The translations under genes and the position numbers were made by a program. From the IMG/VR virus record IMGVR_UViG_3300025674_000016, positions 64,001-128,000 of that record: a stretch of 64,000 nucleotides of DNA; one strand, written 5' to 3'. The stretch is from a virus. The notes beneath the pieces were generated by a model that saw only the letters and a program-made list of their open reading frames with translations, was not told where the DNA came from and searched no databases. This document shows, one piece after another, positions 57,942 through 64,000 of this stretch (position 1 is the stretch's first letter; the number at the start of each line of letters is the position of its first letter).

Positions 57942-58603
57942 AAACTTGTAGGAAGTGTAAAACAGAAAAACCCCTAGCAGAGTTTCATAAAGATAGGGGC
58001 AAAAAAGATGGCATCAGAAATTATTGCAAGTGCTGCGCAAAATCCTATAAAAAAGCTTACCGCGAGGCCAACATAGAAAAGGAAAAGGCTTGGGGTAGGG
58101 TTTACCGCAAAACACCTCGCGCCAGGCTTCTTAAAATGAGGGAGAACGCAAAGAAAAGAGGAATAGAGTTTCTTTTAACAGACGATCAGGCTTTTGAAGC
58201 AATGAAGAAACCTTGCACATACTGTGGAAAGCCGGGACTATCAGGGATTGATAGAAAAGACAGTACCCGCGATTATACTCTTGACAACTCAGTTCCATGC
58301 TGTTATTCTTGCAACACTCGAAAGGGCGCAACGAAATCCCCAGAAGCTTATATCTTAGAACTAAAGCAGGAGAAAGGCATGATTGAAAGTTTTCCTTTTA
58401 TCGATGAACAAACCAAAGAAAGCTTGGAGAAATGGCTCAACAAACAAAAAGCAGAAGAGCTTTCACAAGCTTATAAGTACGAGTCCTGCGGCAACTTGGA
58501 CATGGCACAGCGTTGCAGGTATAAAGCTTCCACCTTTGAGAACATTTTAATTCACATCAAATATCACATGGAAAAACAAGTAGATACAGCACAGAGCAAC
58601 TAG
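57932..58603 (+). CDS. HNH-type endonuclease paralog with C-terminal fusion
   Basis: Same motifs as the upstream gene; one repeat unit; internal AGGAG + ATG at 58379. Confidence 0.75.
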   Translation: MELKTCRKCKTEKPLAEFHKDRGKKDGIRNYCKCCAKSYKKAYREANIEKEKAWGRVYRKTPRARLLKMRENAKKRGIEFLLTDDQAFEAMKKPCTYCGKPGLSGIDRKDSTRDYTLDNSVPCCYSCNTRKGATKSPEAYILELKQEKGMIESFPFIDEQTKESLEKWLNKQKAEELSQAYKYESCGNLDMAQRCRYKASTFENILIHIKYHMEKQVDTAQSN

Positions 58604-58606
58604 ACA

Positions 58607-58711
58607 ATGGAAATTTTTGAAATTTTTGGAAACTGTTGTCTTCTTTCACTCATAGTTAGTGGCACGATTATATTCATTGCCTCTAACCTAAACTACGGAG
58701 GCGAACAATGA
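58607..58711 (+). CDS. 34-aa hydrophobic peptide
   Basis: Fills the gap; ATGA-coupled to the helicase. Confidence 0.35.
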   Translation: MEIFEIFGNCCLLSLIVSGTIIFIASNLNYGGEQ

Positions 58712-60153
58712 GTATCGCATCGTATTCCATTAACTACAACGGAACATCACAACCCGTGAATACTTTAAGTTTTTCAAAACAAGAGGACTTTTCTCGCTTT
58801 GGCAAGTCCTTTCAAGAGAGTCTTTGTCGCTTGATCCTGCTTGATCGTCCCTTTGCGGACCAGATTGGCGAGGTCTTAGATGTAAACTTTTTTGAACTTA
58901 AATACCTGCAAGTGTTCTGCAAAAAGATCTACGACTACAAGAATAAATACAAGACTCATCCCACCCCTGAGATCATGACTTCTATTTTGAGATCTGAACT
59001 GGGCTCTGATGATTCTGATCCCCTTGCTGGTCAAGTTAGAAACTATTTTGCAAGAATCTTGGCAAAGTCGGGACAAGATGCCTCCGATTACATAAAAGAA
59101 ACAAGCTTGGACTTTTGCAAAAAGCAAAAGTTTAAAGAAGCTATTATCAAAAGCGCAAAACTCCTTCAGAACAGCAGTTTTGATGAAATAAAAGGGGTGA
59201 TCGACCAGGCTCTCAAGCTTGGCGCAGACAACAACTTTGGCCACGATTATATTAAAGATTTCGAAGCCAGATTTGTTCCAAAGTTTCGTTTTCCTGTTTC
59301 TACTGGCTGGAAGCAGATGGATAATATAAGCGGTGGTGGTCTTGGCAAGGGGGAGTTGGGTGTTGTTATTGCTCCCACAGGAGCCGGTAAATCTATGGTA
59401 CTGGCACATCTGGGCGCTCAAGCAATCGAAGTTGGTAAGTGTGTTGTCCACTATACTCTTGAACTTCAGGATACCGTAACAGCAAATCGTTATGATAGTT
59501 GCCTTACCGGCATCGAGATTAAGAATTTGCTGAAACACAAAGAAGAAGTTCTTGAAAAGATTAGTGGCATCGAAGGCAGGCTGATTGTAAAAGAATACCC
59601 AACTAAGACCGCTACAACGCAAACGATTATGAACCATCTTGAAAAGCTAGTCTGTAGAGGCATTGACATTGGTATGGTTATTGTAGATTATGCCGATCTA
59701 CTAAGACCAGTTCGCCAGAGGAACGAGAAGAGGACCGAACTAGAATCTATTTATGAGGAACTAAGAGCGGTGGCACAAACATATGAATGTCCCGTGTGGA
59801 CCGCCTCTCAGACAAATAGATCAGGACTCAACGCCGAAGTAGTAACAATGGAGTCCATCTCAGAAGCATTTAATAAATGTTTTGTTGCAGATTTCATCTT
59901 TTCCTTATCGAGAACAGTTGAAGACAAAAACACCAACACAGGCCGAGTTTATATTGCAAAAAATAGAAATGGTCCTGATGGCTTAGTTTTCCCTATCTTT
60001 ATGGACCCATCTCGTGTTAAGATTGAGGTTCTGGAGAGCGATGAAAGCTCACAGCAGTCTGCTTATAAAAATAAAAAAGATGCTCTTGAAGACCTGAAAG
60101 AAAAGTACAAGAAATTTAGAAAGAAAGGAAAAGAAGATGACCAACCAAACTGA
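58708..60153 (+). CDS. replicative DnaB-like helicase (gp41-like)
   Basis: APTGAGKS, YTLE, IVDYADL, WTASQTNR, KNRNG. Confidence 0.93.
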   Translation: MSIASYSINYNGTSQPVNTLSFSKQEDFSRFGKSFQESLCRLILLDRPFADQIGEVLDVNFFELKYLQVFCKKIYDYKNKYKTHPTPEIMTSILRSELGSDDSDPLAGQVRNYFARILAKSGQDASDYIKETSLDFCKKQKFKEAIIKSAKLLQNSSFDEIKGVIDQALKLGADNNFGHDYIKDFEARFVPKFRFPVSTGWKQMDNISGGGLGKGELGVVIAPTGAGKSMVLAHLGAQAIEVGKCVVHYTLELQDTVTANRYDSCLTGIEIKNLLKHKEEVLEKISGIEGRLIVKEYPTKTATTQTIMNHLEKLVCRGIDIGMVIVDYADLLRPVRQRNEKRTELESIYEELRAVAQTYECPVWTASQTNRSGLNAEVVTMESISEAFNKCFVADFIFSLSRTVEDKNTNTGRVYIAKNRNGPDGLVFPIFMDPSRVKIEVLESDESSQQSAYKNKKDALEDLKEKYKKFRKKGKEDDQPN

Positions 60154-62008
60154 CGCAAAGCAGATACTCTCAGATATTACCGTACATATGAAGTACGCCA
60201 AGTATAGGCCAGAACTCGAAAGACGAGAAACATTTAATGAGATTGTTGATCGTAACAAGGCTATGCATATCAAGAAGTTCCCCAGTCTCAAAGAAGAGAT
60301 TGAGGCAACCTATCAATACGTTTACGATAAAAAAGTTCTACCTTCCATGCGCTCTATGCAATTTGGTGGTAAGCCAATTGAAGTTGCCCCTAATAGGGTT
60401 TTTAACTGCGCCTACATGCCAATTGACGATGTTCGCGCCTTTTCAGAGACAATGTTCTTGCTCCTAGGTGGCACTGGTGTGGGCTTCTCTGTTCAGAACC
60501 ACCACGTCGAAAAGCTACCAGAAATCAAGCGCCCCAATTCAAAGAGAACACGTCGTTTTCTTGTTGGGGATAGTATCGAGGGGTGGGCTGATGCTGTTAA
60601 AGCCCTTGTTCACTCCTACTTCAACGGCTCATCAAGAATAAGATTTGATTTTTCTGATGTCCGGCCAAAGGGCTCAAGGCTTGTTACCTCTGGGGGGAAA
60701 GCTCCTGGCCCTCAACCCCTCAAGGAGTGTCTTATCAAGGTTGAGGGCATCCTTGATTCAAAGGAAAATGGAGAAAAGTTGAGCCCAATTGAGGTTCACG
60801 ATATGGTTTGCCATATTGCTGATGCTGTCTTGGCAGGTGGAATCCGCAGAGCAGCACTTATTTCTCTTTTTAGTGCTGATGACGACGAGATGCTGGGAGC
60901 TAAGTCGGGCAACTGGTGGGAAATCAACCCACAGCGCGGCAGAGCAAACAACTCTGTCGTTCTTATGCGCCACAAGGTTACAAAAGAGTTTTTTAAGAAC
61001 CTTTGGGAGCGCGTTAAGGCGTCTGGAGCAGGTGAGCCTGGCTTTTATTTCACCTTCGACAAGGACTGGGGCACTAATCCTTGCTGCGAGATCGCTCTAA
61101 GGCCATTCCAGTTCTGTAACCTGACAGAAGTCAATGTCAGCAACGTCCAGAACCAAGAAGACTACGAGGCTCGCGTTCGAGCTGCCGCGTTTATTGGCAC
61201 GCTTCAGGCTAGTTACACCGACTTCCACTATCTCCGCCCCGTGTGGCAGAGAAACACAGAAAAAGATTCTCTTATTGGCGTCTCAATGACCGGAATTGCA
61301 TCCGGTGCTGTTCTCGGCCTAGACATGAGCGCAGGTGCGAGAGTCGTGAGAGAAGAAAATAAAAGAGTTGCTGCACTGATCGGCATCAAACCAGCAGCAA
61401 GAACCACTTGTGTTAAGCCAGCAGGAACAACTTCATTGACTTTGGGAACAAGTTCGGGTATTCATGCTTGGCACAACGACTATTACATCAGGCGTATCAG
61501 GGTAGGCAAGAACGAGCCGATCTACTCCTACTTGAGCATCATGCACCCTGAGTTGATTGAGGACGAGTTCTTTAGGCCACACGATACAGCAGTAATCTCA
61601 GTACCTCAGAAGGCTCCTGAAGGCGCAATCACCCGCGTAGAGAGTGCTTTAGAGATGTTAGAGCGCGTCAAGAGGGTAAGCCAAGAATGGATTAAGCCTG
61701 GTCACAGCAAGGGCCAAAACTCCCATAATGTCTCTGCTACCGTTACCCTAAAAGAGGACGAGTGGGAATCTGTTGGAGAATGGATGTGGGAAAACCGACA
61801 GCACTATAATGGTCTTTCCGTTCTGCCTCATTCTGACCACACCTACAAGCAAGCCCCTTTTGAGGACTGCACTGAAGAAGTTTATAATGAGCTTATGAAA
61901 AGCTTGTCGAGCGTTGACTTGACCAAGGTCGTCGAACTCGACGACAACACCGATCTCAAGGGCGAGGTTGCGTGTTCTGGTGGAAGTTGCACTGTTGAGA
62001 GTTTTTGA
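60137..62008 (+). CDS. nrdJ: class II (B12-dependent, monomeric-type) ribonucleotide reductase
   Basis: VFNCAY, TNPCCEI, CNLTE, TCVKPAGT, C-terminal CSGGSC; no adjacent beta subunit. Confidence 0.88.
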   Translation: MTNQTDAKQILSDITVHMKYAKYRPELERRETFNEIVDRNKAMHIKKFPSLKEEIEATYQYVYDKKVLPSMRSMQFGGKPIEVAPNRVFNCAYMPIDDVRAFSETMFLLLGGTGVGFSVQNHHVEKLPEIKRPNSKRTRRFLVGDSIEGWADAVKALVHSYFNGSSRIRFDFSDVRPKGSRLVTSGGKAPGPQPLKECLIKVEGILDSKENGEKLSPIEVHDMVCHIADAVLAGGIRRAALISLFSADDDEMLGAKSGNWWEINPQRGRANNSVVLMRHKVTKEFFKNLWERVKASGAGEPGFYFTFDKDWGTNPCCEIALRPFQFCNLTEVNVSNVQNQEDYEARVRAAAFIGTLQASYTDFHYLRPVWQRNTEKDSLIGVSMTGIASGAVLGLDMSAGARVVREENKRVAALIGIKPAARTTCVKPAGTTSLTLGTSSGIHAWHNDYYIRRIRVGKNEPIYSYLSIMHPELIEDEFFRPHDTAVISVPQKAPEGAITRVESALEMLERVKRVSQEWIKPGHSKGQNSHNVSATVTLKEDEWESVGEWMWENRQHYNGLSVLPHSDHTYKQAPFEDCTEEVYNELMKSLSSVDLTKVVELDDNTDLKGEVACSGGSCTVESF

Positions 62009-62017
62009 TCTTTCCCC

Positions 62018-62046
62018 TTGACACCCCGCCCCACCCGTGCTATTGT
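62018..62046 (+). promoter_or_regulatory. sigma70-like promoter
   Basis: TTGACA-17-TATTGT with an extended TG. Confidence 0.7.
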
Positions 62047-62081
62047 TGCCTCCTAACTTGCTGACTAAGGAGGCAACAAAC

Positions 62082-62315
62082 ATGAAACTAATTTTTGAAG
62101 GCAGAAATGACAACCAAACTGGTTCTGGCTGGAAATACCCACTGGAAACAGATCCAGTGGAGTTCGAAACTCTACAAGAGTTTGTTGAGTGGGCACATAA
62201 AGTAGAACTGGGCAGATTTGAGTTCATCCCGCCGAACACAGGATGGCGCGATAGATTAGCCACTACCAATCATACACCCTACTGGATGGTCTATACCCAA
62301 AACGGTTACGACTGA
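62082..62315 (+). CDS. hypothetical protein
   Basis: AAGGAGG RBS and its own promoter. Confidence 0.65.
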   Translation: MKLIFEGRNDNQTGSGWKYPLETDPVEFETLQEFVEWAHKVELGRFEFIPPNTGWRDRLATTNHTPYWMVYTQNGYD

Positions 62316-62321
62316 AAAGCC

Positions 62322-62350
62322 TTGACATCGCACTTAACCTGTGGTAATCT
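62322..62350 (+). promoter_or_regulatory. sigma70-like promoter
   Basis: TTGACA-17-TAATCT with an extended TG. Confidence 0.7.
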
Positions 62351-62395
62351 TCTCTCTCAAGTGGTTGATTGCCACCCCAACTAATAGGAGAAAAA

Positions 62396-62671
62396 ATGTT
62401 TCGACCTGTCAATGGATACGTTTGGGTTGAACGACCCATTCAAGAAAAAGAAGAGATGTTGGTTTATGTCCCCTCGGACTATTCACCAAAGGGCGAGCAG
62501 TACATCAAACTAGAAGTCTTAAGCCTGCGAGAAGACAACCCACTTAATATTAAGTGCGGAGACTTCATAATTACACGAGAGGCTGTCATTGAGGACGTGC
62601 AGTTAGGCGATAGAATCTATAGTCTTGTAAGCAAAAACCATATCTTTGGAGTGCTAAATGAGGAGAATTGA
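62396..62671 (+). CDS. groES: GroES/Cpn10-like co-chaperonin
   Basis: FRPVNGYVWVE, IKCGDFII, YSLVSKNHIFGVL. Confidence 0.7.
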   Translation: MFRPVNGYVWVERPIQEKEEMLVYVPSDYSPKGEQYIKLEVLSLREDNPLNIKCGDFIITREAVIEDVQLGDRIYSLVSKNHIFGVLNEEN

Positions 62672-63386
62672 GTTATACGACGATGGCATCGGCCACGTTG
62701 AGTTGGTCGAATCTATGGGGTCGGATCTTACTGTTGTGAACAGCGCACGAGTAAGCTTTGGTGTTCACAAGGATAAGTTGGATGAGAGAGATAGAAAACT
62801 TATTAAGTATCTTGTCGAGCACCGACACACCTCAACACTTGAGCACTGCGTGATGACCTTTCGCTTTAAAGTTCCGCTTTATGTGAGGAGCCAACATCAC
62901 AGGCATCGCACCTGGAGTTACAACGAGATCTCAAGGAGATACACAGACTCAAATATAGAGTTTTATGAGCCGACAGCGTTCAGGACACAACACAAGAGCA
63001 ACCGCCAAGCCAGCAATGAAAACGAGTTGATCAACCCTCACGTCAATTTTCAGTGGGACGAGTCAACTGGAGGCTACAGTGCAGTTCAGGCAATGAAAGA
63101 GATGCATGAAGGCGCATTGTATTTGTACGAAAGTATGATCGAAGCAGGCGTTTGCAGGGAGCAGGCACGCGGTGTGTTGCCTCAAAACATGTATACTGAG
63201 TATTATGGAACAGTAAACTTGAATAATCTTTTAAAGTTTATTGATCTCCGCACACATGAAGGCGCGCAATGGGAAATCCAAAGGGTTGCTGAAGCCTGCC
63301 TAGAGCTTGCTCACGAGACTTGGCCCGTTGCTGTTGGAGCGTGGCTTGAGTGCCACGGTTTCCAAGAGATAAAGAAGCTAACTTAA
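62658..63386 (+). CDS. thyX: flavin-dependent thymidylate synthase
   Basis: NSARVS, RHRTWSYNEISRRY, EQARGVLP, AQWEI. Confidence 0.95.
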   Translation: MRRIELYDDGIGHVELVESMGSDLTVVNSARVSFGVHKDKLDERDRKLIKYLVEHRHTSTLEHCVMTFRFKVPLYVRSQHHRHRTWSYNEISRRYTDSNIEFYEPTAFRTQHKSNRQASNENELINPHVNFQWDESTGGYSAVQAMKEMHEGALYLYESMIEAGVCREQARGVLPQNMYTEYYGTVNLNNLLKFIDLRTHEGAQWEIQRVAEACLELAHETWPVAVGAWLECHGFQEIKKLT

Positions 63387-63396
63387 GGAGGAATAA

Positions 63397-64000
63397 GTGA
63401 AAGAAGCATTGACCTATAACGACGTGCTATTGGTGCCACAATATTCAAATATTAGAAGCAGGTCCGAAGTCTCACTCAGAAACAATTTGGGCTTTCTATG
63501 GCTTGATCTACCCATTATCTCGGCTCCAATGGATACCGTGACTGAGGAGAACATGGCCTATGCTATCGCAGAAGAAGGTGGTTTGGGGATCATTCACAGA
63601 TATAATTCTATTTGTGAGCAAGTATCCATCGCTAGAAACGTGCTTAAAACATCTGATGGCCAAGTTGGAGCCGCCGTTGGCGTGACCGGCGATTACCTTC
63701 AGCGTGCCATTGAACTTGTCGATGAAGGAGTCAAAGTTATTTGCGTGGACGTGGCTCATGGGCATCACATTTCAGCAAAGGAAGCTATTATCGCCCTGAG
63801 AAAGGCTGTTGGCCACGATGTTCACATCATGGCGGGGAATGTAGCTACTAAGGCTGGCTTTGATTACTTGGCAGAAGCTGGTGCAGACAGCATCAGGGTC
63901 GGTATCGGCGGAGGTTCGATCTGCTCGACTAGAATTAAAACTGGTCATGGTCTGCCCAATATTTATTCTATTACGGAGTGCGCTAGTTCTGAGTGGGCTG
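63397..64000 (+). CDS. guaB: IMP dehydrogenase / GMP reductase family protein lacking CBS domains, 3'-truncated
   Basis: GTG after AAGGAGG; LTYNDVLLVP, SAPMDTV, GLGIIHR, VDVAHGH, AGNVAT, VGIGGGSICSTR (translated by hand; absent from ORF track). Confidence 0.88.
   Translation, partial: MKEALTYNDVLLVPQYSNIRSRSEVSLRNNLGFLWLDLPIISAPMDTVTEENMAYAIAEEGGLGIIHRYNSICEQVSIARNVLKTSDGQVGAAVGVTGDYLQRAIELVDEGVKVICVDVAHGHHISAKEAIIALRKAVGHDVHIMAGNVATKAGFDYLAEAGADSIRVGIGGGSICSTRIKTGHGLPNIYSITECASSEWA

Noticed and set aside
58876-59637. 253-aa minus-strand ORF and the other short minus-strand ORFs
   Set aside because: All lie within well-supported plus-strand genes; the window is uniformly plus-strand coded
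63508-63768. 86-aa minus-strand ORF
   Set aside because: Antisense to the IMPDH/GMPR gene, which the ORF track missed because it has no stop in the window
1-64000. Stop-codon reassignment
   Set aside because: Core genes are full length under the standard code, and TAA, TGA and TAG all terminate genes
1-64000. tRNA, rRNA, introns, inteins
   Set aside because: Intergenic gaps are short with no cloverleaf seen; terminase, helicase, RecA and RNR are uninterrupted and of ordinary size (by eye only)

Overview
This 64 kb window is part of a large, AT-rich, contractile-tailed T4-like myophage genome. Essentially all credible genes are on the + strand and use the standard code. Order of content: putative baseplate genes (1-6.8 kb); RuvC-like resolvase, primase and a fused Mre11/Rad50 (gp47-gp46) gene; fibre-like, lysis-like and tandem-paralog genes; a cluster of small genes sharing an N-terminal MKITKSxLxQxIxEE leader; the head module (terminase, portal, prohead protease, ribosomal protein bS21, scaffold, major capsid); neck, sheath, tube, tail chaperone, tape measure and baseplate; then replication and nucleotide metabolism (minimal family A polymerase, tubulin/FtsZ-like protein, SSB, RecA, 5'-3' exonuclease, two HNH-type endonucleases, DnaB-like helicase, class II RNR, GroES, ThyX, partial IMPDH/GMPR). 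An accessory block within the replication region holds a Cys-rich/vWA lipoprotein and a miniature capsid paralog. Two promoter classes are visible: sigma70-type TTGACA-17-TAnnnT before replication genes, and AACTA[T/C/G]TTA before virion genes. The strongest candidate for an undescribed system is a modular capsid-loading cassette: late motif + reusable N-terminal leader + unrelated cargo, one cargo being a 2H phosphodiesterase. Other highlights are the truncated capsid paralog, a probable T7 frameshift in the tail chaperone, and hairpins that hide the Shine-Dalgarno site only in read-through transcripts. All calls come from motif recognition by eye; no searches were run.
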